DNA of 64,000 nucleotides from an uncultured delta proteobacterium (lineage in GTDB: Bacteria; Desulfobacterota; Binatia; Binatales; Binataceae), in assembly GCA_963724765.1 (NCBI GenBank), contig CAVRVY010000003.1:1472001-1536000 (forward strand), read 5' to 3'. Below the pieces are notes generated by a model. That model had not been told where the DNA came from. It saw only the letters and a program-made list of their open reading frames with translations, and ran no database searches. Below are positions 1-9,960 of the stretch, in pieces. Position 1 is the first letter of the stretch, and every line of letters begins with the position of its first letter. The position numbers were made by a program, and so were the translations under genes.

Positions 1-120
1 GTCGCCGCCATACCCAATACGCCGATCTGGCTTTCAATCCTCGCATTGATTGCGATGACGATGTGGCCGTCGGTGCTGGTCTGGATGGTTCAGTTCGCGT
101 ACCGCGTCGCGGCCAGGTAG
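1..120 (+). CDS. 3' end of a membrane protein (truncated by window start)
   Basis: Frame 1 reads VAAIPNTPIWLSILALIAMTMWPSVLVWMVQFAYRVAAR then TAG at 118-120; hydrophobic. Confidence 0.5.
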   Translation, partial: VAAIPNTPIWLSILALIAMTMWPSVLVWMVQFAYRVAAR

Positions 121-275
121 TAACGTCCAATCCGGGCCGCGGACGCGATGCTCGCGCCAGCGCGCGACGGTTTGCTTGCGGTACGCCGCTCTGTAATAAA
201 GACCGGGAATCGTTACGGCCCAGTGCGCTGCAAGATGTGCCCGGGGCGCGGTACCTTCACCAAAGGGAAATCCGG

Positions 276-1040
276 ATGCAAGGTCTTCTCGAAACGATCA
301 AACAATGGCATATCCACCCGGCCGTTGATCATTTCACGGTCGCGATTCTGCTCCTGGCGGTTCTCACCGACCTCTTCGCCAGCGTATTCTCGATGCGCCT
401 GTGGCTGCGGTATTCGGCGCTGGCGTTGATAATTGTCGGCACGGCCGCTGCCTGGGGCTCCCAACTCACCGGCGGATGGGAGGCTGAGCGCGTATGGAAG
501 GCGGTCCAGGCAGCCGGTGGACCGGCGTTCGCCACCCTCCATCGTCATGCTCAACTCGGTCACTGGTTGCCGTGGGTTTTCCTTGTCCTGGCCATATGGC
601 GCCTCGGGATCCAGCTCTTCGGCTTTATGGCCGGCATGCGCGGACTCTATCTTCTCTTCGCCGTGCTCGCGGCGATTGCGATCTCATACCAGGGTTACCT
701 TGGCGGCCAACTTGTTTACGACTACGGCATCGGCACCGCGTTGTTCAACGTCGGATCGCCCAACGCCGGCTTGTCGTCGCCCGGCCCGCAGCCTGAGGCC
801 ACCGGACCGGCCACGCCGATCCCGACGGTTTACGTGCCGACCGCGACCGTGACGCCGGAGGTTGCCACTCCTACTCCCGCCGTCAGCGCCAGTGCGACCG
901 CGTCGGCGATGCCGAGTGCTGCCGCCGCGCCGGCGACTCCGTCTGCCGCGACGAGTCCTGCTGCGCCGCCGAGCGCTTCTCCGACCCCTGCGGCATCGAC
1001 AAAAACGGACACGTATCGCACAGCCGCTGCCAGTCTCTGA
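276..1040 (+). CDS. DUF2231-like membrane protein with Pro/Ala/Thr/Ser-rich C-terminal tail
   Basis: HPAVDHF motif, about 4 TM segments, GYLGGQLVYDYG motif; ATG 276 follows AAGGGA. Confidence 0.75.
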   Translation: MQGLLETIKQWHIHPAVDHFTVAILLLAVLTDLFASVFSMRLWLRYSALALIIVGTAAAWGSQLTGGWEAERVWKAVQAAGGPAFATLHRHAQLGHWLPWVFLVLAIWRLGIQLFGFMAGMRGLYLLFAVLAAIAISYQGYLGGQLVYDYGIGTALFNVGSPNAGLSSPGPQPEATGPATPIPTVYVPTATVTPEVATPTPAVSASATASAMPSAAAAPATPSAATSPAAPPSASPTPAASTKTDTYRTAAASL

Positions 1041-1069
1041 TCGCGCCGACACGCCGGGGAGAGGCAAAA

Positions 1070-1915
1070 ATGGAACGACGCAAAGTCGCAGTGGTGAGCG
1101 CGCTCTTTCGTTACCCGGTCAAATCGATGCTGGGGGAGAAACCCGCCGAACTGGCGCTGACCACCAACGGCACGCTTGGCGATCGAGCCTGGGGTGTGCG
1201 CGAGGCCTCGGGGCGAATCGCGACGGCCAAGAAGTGGTCGGCGATGCTTGGCTTCCGCGCGAGCTATGATTCGCCGCCCCGCGTGGACGATCTTGCGCCG
1301 GTCACGGTCACTTTTCCCGACGGCAGCAGTATCCACGCCGGCGACCCCGACGCCTCGGCGCGGCTCTCGGCGGTGCTGGGCCGCCCGGTGCGCCTTGAGC
1401 GGGCGAAGGCCGACGAGCGCTCGCGCGGCGAGATCGATCCGCAAACCATTTTCGCCGACGTTCCGGTGGAACAGCTCCTGCCCAATTTCACCAGCCAGAC
1501 GCTGCCCGACACGTTCGGCCTGATGCGCGGCGCATTCTTCGACTCGGCGCCGATTCACGTCCTCGCCAGCACCTCGCTCGAGCACTTGCAGCGGCTGTGC
1601 GGTGGTGACTCGATCCTCGACCCGCGCCGTTTTCGTCCCAACATTTTCGTCGACACCAGCGGCACCGGCGCCGACGGTTTTGTCGAGGACGAATGGCTCG
1701 AAGGCACGCTCGAGGTCGGCGAGACGGTGAAGATCATCGCGATGCAACCGGCGTTGCGCTGCGTGATGACCACGCACGCGCAGAGCGAACTGCCCCGCGA
1801 CCTGTCGATCCTGCGCAACGCCGCGCGGCATCATAATGCCACGCTCGGCGTCTTCGCCGCGATCGGCGCCCCCGGCACGATACGCGTCGGCGACCCGGTC
1901 TATCTCTGCAGGTAG
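1070..1915 (+). CDS. MOSC domain protein
   Basis: RYPVKSM, GDR, FFDSAPIH, RRFRPNI and RCVMTT motifs; GGAGAGG RBS. Confidence 0.9.
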   Translation: MERRKVAVVSALFRYPVKSMLGEKPAELALTTNGTLGDRAWGVREASGRIATAKKWSAMLGFRASYDSPPRVDDLAPVTVTFPDGSSIHAGDPDASARLSAVLGRPVRLERAKADERSRGEIDPQTIFADVPVEQLLPNFTSQTLPDTFGLMRGAFFDSAPIHVLASTSLEHLQRLCGGDSILDPRRFRPNIFVDTSGTGADGFVEDEWLEGTLEVGETVKIIAMQPALRCVMTTHAQSELPRDLSILRNAARHHNATLGVFAAIGAPGTIRVGDPVYLCR

Positions 1916-1947
1916 CTGCGTCATCCCTAAACGAAGCTTCCACTTAG

Positions 1948-2005
1948 GGTCATCCTGAGCGAAGCGAGTCTGCTTCGACTCCGGCAGCCTTCGCTCAGGA
2001 TGACC
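1948..2005. repeat. Palindromic REP-like element, copy 1
   Basis: 17-bp inverted arms GGTCATCCTGAGCGAAG / CTTCGCTCAGGATGACC; 1977-2005 is identical to 52801-52829. Confidence 0.8.
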
Positions 2006-2024
2006 GAAGAGGATCGTTTCTGTG

Positions 2025-2051
2025 CAGAGGCCGTTCGTGAACGGCCCTCTG
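2025..2051. repeat. Second palindrome (REP-like) in the same intergenic region
   Basis: CAGAGGCCGTTC-GT-GAACGGCCCTCTG imperfect inverted repeat. Confidence 0.5.
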
Positions 2052-2170
2052 ACAAGGCGGCGCGCCGGGCGCGCGCTGTTCATGAAGCCGCCGAGCCGCA
2101 CTTGCGGCGCGCGCTTCGGCGGCAGACGATTACTGCTGCGCTCGGCTCGTAGCGCCGGCGCCCCGACTCG

Positions 2171-5100
2171 ATGCCTGCACGCCACTCAATCGTTTGCTCG
2201 CCGCGCGCCGCCGATCGTCTCGACGCGGCTTCGCGATGGCTAAGGGAGCTTGAACGCTGCGCCGAAGTAATGGTGCTGGCGGCGCGCCAGCCGGCCGCCG
2301 ACGATCTCGTGCGCGCTGTGAGCGCGCGGCGCGCGCTCTTCGGCGTTCATCGGATGACCCCGACGCGCCTGCTCGGCGTGCTCTGCGCCGAGCGTCTTTT
2401 TCGCGATGGGCTGGTGCCGGCTGCGGGACTCGGCGCACAGGCGGTGGCCGCGCGCGCGATTTACAAACTCGCCGCCGCCGGCGCGCTGGGCTATTTCGCC
2501 CCGGTGGCCGACCGTCCAGGATTTCCGGGCGCGCTCGCCCGCACGCTGGGCGAGATCCGGCTGGCGGGAGTCGGCGCGGACGAGTTGGCGGCGCTCGACG
2601 AGATCGGCCTGCCGCTTGCCGCGATGCTCGGGCAGTTCGAGGCCGAGCTCCACGAAGCGCGCCTGGTCGACCGCGCGGCGATGCTCGCTTTGGCGGCTGC
2701 GATCGTTAGCTCCGATCCGCCGCCGCGCCACGCCACGATGCCTATCCTGATGCTCGACGTCGCGGTCGGCTCGACGCTCGAGCGTGAATTGTACGCGGCG
2801 CTCGCCGCCCGCGCGCCCGCGATACTCGCGACCGTGCCGCAGGGCGACACGACCACCCTTGCGATGCTGAGCGCGGCGTTCGGCGTCACGCCGTCGCCTG
2901 CGCCCTGCGCCGCCGCGAAGGCGAAATCGATCGCGCGGCTTCAGGATTATCTCTTCAGCGACGAAACACCCCCCGCGCACTCGCTCGACGATACGGTCGA
3001 AGTCCTCTCGGCGCCGGGTGAGATGCAGGAATGCGTCGAGATCGCGCGCCGAATTCTCAAGGAGGCGGATCGCGGCGTCCCCTTTGATCGCATAGCGGTC
3101 GCGCTGCATGCGCCGGGGCGTTACGTGCCCTATCTCGAAGAGGCGCTCGCCCGCGCCGCAATCCCGGCCTCTTTCGCGCGCGGCGCAACCAGGCCCGAAC
3201 CCGGCGGTCGCGCTCTTCTGGCGCTGCTCGCTTGCGCGGCCGAGCATCTCTCGGCGCGCCGCTACGCCGAGTATCTTTCGCTCGCGCAGGTGCCCGACCC
3301 GGATCGCGACGGACCGCGCCGCTTCGTCGCACCGGACCTCGAACTCGCCGGCGCCGCGCCGTCCGCGGAGCCTGAGGCCGCCGCGCCCGCCGCGGCAGCA
3401 AGTGCCGACATCGCCGATCCGGTGCCGGTGGTTGAAGGCGCTCTGCGCGCGCCGTGGCGATGGGAGCGCCTGCTGGTCGACGCCTCGGTTATCGGCAATC
3501 GCGAGCGTTGGGAGCGGCGTCTTGGCGGGCTAGGCGCGGAGCTGGAACTCAGGCGCTCCGAGCTTAAGGACGATGACGTTCGCACAGCGGTTGCCGATCG
3601 GCAAATTCTCGACCTCAAACATCTGCGCGACGTCGCGATGCCGCAGATTTCCACGCTTGCCGCGCTGCCGCCGCGCGCGACGTGGGGCGTATGGCTGGGC
3701 CATCTGCGCGCGCTCACCGCGCTCGCCGTGCGCGACTCGGCGCCGGTGCTCGCCGCACTGGCCGAGCTCGAGCCGATGGCGCCGGTGGGGCCGGTCGGTC
3801 TTGACGAGATCCGCCAGGTGTTGGCCGAGCGGCTCGGACGGCTCGAAGCGCCGGCGCCGCGCCGCCGCTATGGCGCGGTGATGGTCGCGCCCACGCACGA
3901 CCTTCGCGGCCTCGATTTCGACATCGTGATCGTTCCCGGCCTGACCGAACGCGTCTTTCCGAAAAAGCTCACCGAGGATCCGATTCTGCCCGACGCGGCG
4001 CGCATCCTCCTCGGTCACAATCTCGAGCTTCAGCAAAACCGCGTGGCCGCCGAGCGCCTCGCTTTGCGCCTGGCCGCGGGCGCCGCGCGCCATCGCGTGC
4101 TGTTTTCGTTCCCGCGCGTCGACCTCGATCAGGGACGGCCGCGCGTGCCGTCGTTCTATGCGCTGGAGGTGCTGCGTGCCGCCGAGGGACGCTTGCCCGG
4201 CTTTGACGAGCTCGACAAACGCGCCGCAGGCGCGCAGGCGGCGCGGCTGGGATGGCCTGCGCCACGCGACGCCGGCGATGCGATCGACGACGCCGAATTC
4301 GATCTCGCCGTGCTCAATCGCCTGGCGGGCCAGGACGATGAGGCGACGACCGGCGCGGCCCACTACCTGCTGGATGAAAACCAGCATCTCGCGCGAGCGC
4401 TGCGTGCGCGAGCGCGACGATGGCTCAAGCGATGGACGCCGGCGGACGGGCTGGTCGATCCCGGACCCGAGGTGCGCGCGGCCCTGAACAAGCATCGCCC
4501 CGACGCTCGTTCCTATTCGGCCACTGCGCTTCAGCACTTCGCGGCTTGCCCGTATCGCTTCCTGCTCTACGCGATCCATCGAATCCAGCCGCGCGAAGAG
4601 GCCGAGGCGATCGAGGTGATCGATCCGCTCACCCGCGGCGCGCTGCTGCACGAGGTCCAGTTCGAGCTGCTGACCCGCCTGCGCGCGGACGGCCGGCTGC
4701 CCGTCGTGCGCGAGGCGCTGGACGAGGCGCTCCGTGTGATGGACCAGACGCTGGAGGAGGTCGCCGAAAAATGGCATGACCGGCTCGCTCCGGCGATCGA
4801 GCGCGTGTGGAAGGACGCAATCGACGCGATTCGCGCCGACCTTCGCGAATGGCTCCGCCGCGCCGCCGAAGACCCGGTTCCCTGGACCCCCGAGCGTTTC
4901 GAACTCGCCTTCGGGCTCGAGGGACGCGATCAGGCCGACCCCGCAAGCCGTGCGGAGCCGGTGGCGCTGGAGGCCGGCCTCATCCTGCGCGGCTCGATCG
5001 ATCTCGTCGAGCGCGGCCTGGGCGGGCGGCTGCGCGTTACCGATCATAAGAGCGGCAAGGCCGACGCGCCCAGGGACGTGATTATCGGCGGCGGCCGCGT

Positions 5101-5425
5101 GTTGCAGCCGGTGCTCTATGCGCTCGCCGCCGAGCGGCTGCTCGGCGAGCCGGTTGAATCGGGTCGGCTCTACTATTGCTCGTCGCGCGGCGGCTACGAG
5201 GAGCGCGTCGTGTCGCTCGATGACGCGGCGCGCGCCGCGGCCCGCGAATTCGCCGCCACCGTCACCGGCGCGATCGCGGACGGCTTCCTGCCCGCCGCAC
5301 CGGCCGAAGGCGGCTGCCGATGGTGTGATTACCGGATGGTATGCGGGCCGTACGAAGAGATGCGCGTCGCGCAGAAGCCGCCCGCGCGCCTGGCCGCGCT
5401 CGAACGGCTGCGCAGGTTGCGATGA
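2171..5425 (+). CDS. addB: AddB-like helicase/nuclease subunit B (PD-(D/E)XK nuclease with Fe-S staple)
   Basis: ACPYRF plus CRWCDYRMVC cysteines; GSIDL...TDHKSG nuclease motifs; directly upstream of a UvrD-type partner. Confidence 0.85.
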   Translation: MPARHSIVCSPRAADRLDAASRWLRELERCAEVMVLAARQPAADDLVRAVSARRALFGVHRMTPTRLLGVLCAERLFRDGLVPAAGLGAQAVAARAIYKLAAAGALGYFAPVADRPGFPGALARTLGEIRLAGVGADELAALDEIGLPLAAMLGQFEAELHEARLVDRAAMLALAAAIVSSDPPPRHATMPILMLDVAVGSTLERELYAALAARAPAILATVPQGDTTTLAMLSAAFGVTPSPAPCAAAKAKSIARLQDYLFSDETPPAHSLDDTVEVLSAPGEMQECVEIARRILKEADRGVPFDRIAVALHAPGRYVPYLEEALARAAIPASFARGATRPEPGGRALLALLACAAEHLSARRYAEYLSLAQVPDPDRDGPRRFVAPDLELAGAAPSAEPEAAAPAAAASADIADPVPVVEGALRAPWRWERLLVDASVIGNRERWERRLGGLGAELELRRSELKDDDVRTAVADRQILDLKHLRDVAMPQISTLAALPPRATWGVWLGHLRALTALAVRDSAPVLAALAELEPMAPVGPVGLDEIRQVLAERLGRLEAPAPRRRYGAVMVAPTHDLRGLDFDIVIVPGLTERVFPKKLTEDPILPDAARILLGHNLELQQNRVAAERLALRLAAGAARHRVLFSFPRVDLDQGRPRVPSFYALEVLRAAEGRLPGFDELDKRAAGAQAARLGWPAPRDAGDAIDDAEFDLAVLNRLAGQDDEATTGAAHYLLDENQHLARALRARARRWLKRWTPADGLVDPGPEVRAALNKHRPDARSYSATALQHFAACPYRFLLYAIHRIQPREEAEAIEVIDPLTRGALLHEVQFELLTRLRADGRLPVVREALDEALRVMDQTLEEVAEKWHDRLAPAIERVWKDAIDAIRADLREWLRRAAEDPVPWTPERFELAFGLEGRDQADPASRAEPVALEAGLILRGSIDLVERGLGGRLRVTDHKSGKADAPRDVIIGGGRVLQPVLYALAAERLLGEPVESGRLYYCSSRGGYEERVVSLDDAARAAAREFAATVTGAIADGFLPAAPAEGGCRWCDYRMVCGPYEEMRVAQKPPARLAALERLRRLR

Positions 5426-5444
5426 GCGAAGCGGGAAAGTTGCG

Positions 5445-8400
5445 ATGAGCGAAGCGGTAAAGGCGAACAACGGTGCGCCCCGAGAGATCGCCGATCAACG
5501 CGTGCGCGAGCGCATCCGCAACGACCTCGACACCACGCTCATCGTCGAAGCCGCGGCCGGCACCGGCAAGACCACTGCGCTGGTCAACCGGATCGTCGCG
5601 GCGCTGGCGCTCGGACGCGCCGAGCTCGGCCGAATCGTCGCGGTGACCTTCACCGAGAAGGCCGCCGGTGAGCTCAAGCTTCGGCTGCGCGCCGAAATCG
5701 AGCGAGCGCGCAGCGACTCCGCGCGCGATCCCGATGAGCGCGCGCGGCTTTCGGGCGCGCTGGGCCAGCTCGAGGAGGCGCGTATCGGTACGATCCATTC
5801 CTTCTGCGCCGACCTTCTGCGCGAGCGCCCGGTCGAGGCGGGCGTCGATCCGATGTTCGAAGTCGCGGCCGAGGATGTGGCCGGGGAATTGTTCGACAAC
5901 GCTTTCGATCGCTGGTTCGAGCAGGCGCTCGCCGCGCCCGCTGAGGGTCTGCGCCGCCTCCTGCGCCGGCGCGAGGGATTCGACCGCGAAGGTCCGCGCC
6001 CGATCATCCGCGCCGCGGCGTGGGAGCTTTTACAGTGGCGCGACTTCGATGCGCCGTGGCGCCATCAGGCGTTCGATCGCGATCCCGAAATCGACGCGCT
6101 GGTCGAGGAGATTCGCGCGCTCGGCGCGCTCACCGGGCACGTCGATGCGGATGACTGGCTCGGCAAGGCGCTCGACGAGATCGCCGGCCCGATCGACGAG
6201 GCGACGCGCCTGGAGACCGTGCGCGGGCGCGACTACGACGCGCTCGAGGCCGCGCTGCTCGCGCTGCTGCGCGGCTACGACGGACGCTGGCGATGGAAGG
6301 GATGGGGCGAGCATTTCGGAGCGCTCCCGCGCGCCGAGGTGATGGGGCGGCGCGACGCGCTGCGCGCGCGGCTCGCGCGCTTTCGCGACGCCGCCGGCGC
6401 CAACCTCGCGCCGCTTTTGCGCGAGGAGTTGTGGCCGATCGTCGGTTACTACGAGGAGGCCAAGAAGCGCGCCGGCGTGCTCGACTTCATCGACCTGCTG
6501 CTGGTCGCCCGCGATCTGGTGCGCGACCGCGCCGTCGTGCGCGCCGAATTGCAGCGGCGCATCAGCCACATCTTCGTCGACGAGTTCCAGGATACCGATC
6601 CGCTGCAGGCGGAAATCCTGCTGCTGCTCGCGGCCGCCGATCCGGCCGAGTCCGACTGGCATCGCACGCGCCCGCTGTCCGGCAAACTGTTCATCGTGGG
6701 CGATCCCAAGCAATCGATCTATCGCTTCCGCCGCGCCGACGTCGCGCTCTACCAAGACGTCAAGCGCCACTTGCTCCAGTGCGGCGCCGAGCTGGAGCAT
6801 CTCACGGTCAGCTTTCGCGCGACGCCCGAACTGCAGCGCGCGGTCAACGCCGCCTTCGCGCCGCTGATGCCGTCGGAGTCCCCGACCCAGCCCGCTTACT
6901 CGCCGCTGATGCCGTTTCGCGCGGACTGCCCCACGCAGCCGTCGATCGTCGTGTTGCCGGTGCCCTCGCCCTACAGCGAGCGCGGTTACGTCACCAAGCG
7001 CCAGGTCGACGAATCGACGCCCGACGCGGCCGGCGCGCTGGTGCGATGGCTGGTCGAGGAGAGCGGATGGTCGGTGACCACGCGGGAGCGGCCCGAACTG
7101 CGGGTCGCGATCGAGCCGCGCCATATCTGCATGCTCTTTCGGCGCTTCAGCACTTATGGCCGCGACATCACGCGGCCCTACGTGCGCGCGCTGGAAGCGC
7201 GCCATATCGCGCACGTCCTGGTCAAGGGCGGGTCGTTCAACGAACGCGAAGAGGTCGAGGCGCTGCGCAACGCGCTGGGCGCGATCGAGCGGCCCGACGA
7301 CGAGCTGGCGGTCTTTGCGACGCTGCGCGGACCGCTGTTCGCGCTCGACGACGGCGCGCTGCTGCGCTTTCGCGCGGCGGCCGGCTCGCTGCATCCTTTT
7401 CGCAAGCTGCCGGCCGATTTGCCCGCCGAGCTTCAGGAGATTGCGGCAGCGCTCGGCGTGCTGCGCGAGCTCAGCCGCGGACGCAACCGCCGGCCGATCG
7501 CCGAGACTATCGCGTGCCTGCTCGCCGCGGTGCGCGCCCATGCGGCGATCGCGATCTGGCCCACCGGCGAGCAGGCGCTCGCCAACGTGATGCGCCTGAT
7601 GGATCTCGCGCGGCGTTACGAGGGGCGGCGCGCCGTGCGCTCGTTTCGCGGCTTCGTCGACGAGTTGGAGGCGCGCGCCGAGCGCGAGGAGAGCGGCGAC
7701 GCGCCGGTGGTGGAGGAGGGCGCCGAGGGCGTGCGCATCATGACCGTGCATCGCGCCAAGGGCCTGGAGTTCCCGATCGTGCTGCTCGCCGATCTGACCT
7801 GCAATGAAACCGCCGGCGACGCCCATCGATGGGTCGACCCGGCAAGCGGGCTCTGCGCGTTGCGGCTCGCCGGACATGCGCCGCGCGAACTTCTGGACCA
7901 CGCCGAGGAGGAGACGCGCCGCGACCGCGAAGAGGCGATGCGTCTGCTATATGTCGGCGCGACCCGCGCGCGCGATCTGCTGATCGTACCCGCGGTCGGC
8001 AGCGCGGCGCACGACGGATGGCTGGCGCGGCTCAACCCCGTGATCTATCCCGCGCCCAAGGATTGGCGCGCGCCGCTCGAGCCCGCGCCGCTCGGATGTC
8101 CAGTCTTCGGCGACGACAGCGTCGTCGTGCGTCCGCCCAAGGCTCCACCAAAGTCGCGCGCCGTCGCGCCGGGACTCCATCGCGCACAGGCCGGCGATCA
8201 TCATGTCGTGTGGTGGGATCCCGCCAGGCTCAGGCTCGATGCACGCGAGACGATGGGCCTGCGGCAGCATCGGCTGTTGACGGCCGACAAGGATGAGCGC
8301 GCGGCGTCGCAAGGCGCGCACGAATACGAACAATGGAAGACCCGTCGCGGCGCCGTGCTGGCGGCCGGCGCGACGGAAACTTACAAGATCGTTACCGCGA

Positions 8401-8993
8401 CCGAGCTTGCCGCGCGGATGGTCGAGCGCGGCGAACGTCCCGGATGGCTCGGCGAACCGGATCAGATCGGGATCGAACGCGTCGCCCGGGCGGCGGCGCG
8501 CCCGCATGGCGTCCGCTTCGGGACGCTGGTCCATGCGATCCTCTCGCGGGTCGCGCTGGATGCGGACGCGGCGGCGATTGCGGAGGCAGCGCGATTCTTT
8601 GCCCGGATGCTCGGCGCGGATGATGAGGAGGTCACGGCCGCGTGCGAGGCCGCGACGGGCGCATTGCGCGCTCCATTGATGAAGGCCGCGGCTGCAGCCG
8701 GCCTGGGGCTGCGGCGCGAATGCGCGCTGGTACTGAAACTCCAAGACGGCGCCACCGGCGACGGAACCACGCACGAAGGCGCTACGATCGAAGGCCTCAC
8801 GGTCGAAGGTGTGGTGGACCTGGCCTTCCCCGAGCACGTCGCGGGCGCCGAGCGATGGGTCGTGGTCGACTTCAAGACCGACGCCGATATCGCAGGCCGG
8901 CTGGACGAATATCGCTTACAACTGCTGCTCTACCTGCACGCGATAAGCCAGAGCACGGGCGCTCCCGCACGCGGCGTCCTGATGTGTGTTTGA
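5445..8993 (+). CDS. addA: AddA-like UvrD helicase-nuclease subunit A
   Basis: Walker A AAAGTGKT, VDEFQD, VGDPKQSIYRFR, MTVHRAKGLEF; C-terminal GVVDL...VDFKT nuclease. Confidence 0.9.
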   Translation: MSEAVKANNGAPREIADQRVRERIRNDLDTTLIVEAAAGTGKTTALVNRIVAALALGRAELGRIVAVTFTEKAAGELKLRLRAEIERARSDSARDPDERARLSGALGQLEEARIGTIHSFCADLLRERPVEAGVDPMFEVAAEDVAGELFDNAFDRWFEQALAAPAEGLRRLLRRREGFDREGPRPIIRAAAWELLQWRDFDAPWRHQAFDRDPEIDALVEEIRALGALTGHVDADDWLGKALDEIAGPIDEATRLETVRGRDYDALEAALLALLRGYDGRWRWKGWGEHFGALPRAEVMGRRDALRARLARFRDAAGANLAPLLREELWPIVGYYEEAKKRAGVLDFIDLLLVARDLVRDRAVVRAELQRRISHIFVDEFQDTDPLQAEILLLLAAADPAESDWHRTRPLSGKLFIVGDPKQSIYRFRRADVALYQDVKRHLLQCGAELEHLTVSFRATPELQRAVNAAFAPLMPSESPTQPAYSPLMPFRADCPTQPSIVVLPVPSPYSERGYVTKRQVDESTPDAAGALVRWLVEESGWSVTTRERPELRVAIEPRHICMLFRRFSTYGRDITRPYVRALEARHIAHVLVKGGSFNEREEVEALRNALGAIERPDDELAVFATLRGPLFALDDGALLRFRAAAGSLHPFRKLPADLPAELQEIAAALGVLRELSRGRNRRPIAETIACLLAAVRAHAAIAIWPTGEQALANVMRLMDLARRYEGRRAVRSFRGFVDELEARAEREESGDAPVVEEGAEGVRIMTVHRAKGLEFPIVLLADLTCNETAGDAHRWVDPASGLCALRLAGHAPRELLDHAEEETRRDREEAMRLLYVGATRARDLLIVPAVGSAAHDGWLARLNPVIYPAPKDWRAPLEPAPLGCPVFGDDSVVVRPPKAPPKSRAVAPGLHRAQAGDHHVVWWDPARLRLDARETMGLRQHRLLTADKDERAASQGAHEYEQWKTRRGAVLAAGATETYKIVTATELAARMVERGERPGWLGEPDQIGIERVARAAARPHGVRFGTLVHAILSRVALDADAAAIAEAARFFARMLGADDEEVTAACEAATGALRAPLMKAAAAAGLGLRRECALVLKLQDGATGDGTTHEGATIEGLTVEGVVDLAFPEHVAGAERWVVVDFKTDADIAGRLDEYRLQLLLYLHAISQSTGAPARGVLMCV

Positions 8994-9041
8994 AGGTATG
9001 TTTTAACGGTCTCGGGTCTTCGCTACGATTGGCCGGTACAG

Positions 9042-9956
9042 ATGAGCAATCAGCGCAATGATACTTTGCTGGTGATCGGCTACGGTTCGTTGCTGAGCGG
9101 CTATGGATTGCTGGCCGAACGGCGTGGTGGCGGCAGCAAGCTGGTTGCGCGCGACGCGTTCGCGGTCAGGCTTGCCAACGCGCGCCGCGGCTTCGCCAAG
9201 CCTTCCACTCACGGGCATTACCTTGCGATGGACCTCGAGCCGGTGCGGCGCGGCGAACCGATCATGGCGCGCGCGGGCCTCGATGGCGACGAAGGGATCG
9301 GCGCGGTGGGGCTGGTGTTCGACCGCGAATGGGCGTCGCTGATCGCACGGCGCGAGGAGTACGACTCGGCGAAGTTCCTCGAGCTCCTCGCGCTCGCTGA
9401 TGCCGCGGGCGCAGGCCTGGGAGAGTTCCTGCTCGAGATCGCGCGGCGCACGGACTTCGACCTGCTCGCCTATCGCATCGAGTTGCGCGGGCTGCTCGAT
9501 TACACCTCGCCAGGTTACATCTTTCATCCCGTGCCGCTGACAGACGGCCGCGTCGCGATCGCCGCGATCGGTTCGGGCTACGAGGGCAGCGGCGATCCGG
9601 CCGTGCGCTCCAGGCGCAACGAGTTGGGGATGGACCGGCTGCTCTCGATGCGCGAGACGATGGAGGTGCGGAGTTTCGAGCTCGATCGCGCGGGCCAGGC
9701 CGGCTATTTCGCCGAGTGCGTATTGGGTGGGATGCACGGCCTGGCGGTGGAAGATCTGATGACGGACCTCGATCTCGCGACCGACTGGGGGGGCGAACTG
9801 ATCCGCCGTTTTATGCTGGCCGCGCCCGGCGAGCTCGAGCGCTTCATGCGGGCCTCCTCGCTCGACGCCGCGCGCTATCGCGCGCAGTTCACCGGCGTTG
9901 CTCACGAATGTCTCGCCCCTCTGAACGCGCCGGCGGAAAATCACAAGTCGGAGTAA
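9042..9956 (+). CDS. Hypothetical protein with gamma-glutamylcyclotransferase (ChaC-like) fold signature
   Basis: N-terminal VIGYGSLL and LIARREEY (putative catalytic Glu). Confidence 0.55.
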   Translation: MSNQRNDTLLVIGYGSLLSGYGLLAERRGGGSKLVARDAFAVRLANARRGFAKPSTHGHYLAMDLEPVRRGEPIMARAGLDGDEGIGAVGLVFDREWASLIARREEYDSAKFLELLALADAAGAGLGEFLLEIARRTDFDLLAYRIELRGLLDYTSPGYIFHPVPLTDGRVAIAAIGSGYEGSGDPAVRSRRNELGMDRLLSMRETMEVRSFELDRAGQAGYFAECVLGGMHGLAVEDLMTDLDLATDWGGELIRRFMLAAPGELERFMRASSLDAARYRAQFTGVAHECLAPLNAPAENHKSE

Positions 9957-9960
9957 GCGC

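Noticed and set aside
5118-5444. Extended N-termini in the ORF track (addA, pheT, mct, mlaD, AI-2E, ybaB)
   Set aside because: They overlap upstream genes or the tRNA; downstream starts fit RBS, overlap and family N-termini better
3530-7901. Long antisense ORFs (646 and 623 aa; similar ones at 20976-22499 and 27807-30005)
   Set aside because: Shadow frames of high-GC genes that carry clear motifs on the other strand; no recognisable motifs of their own
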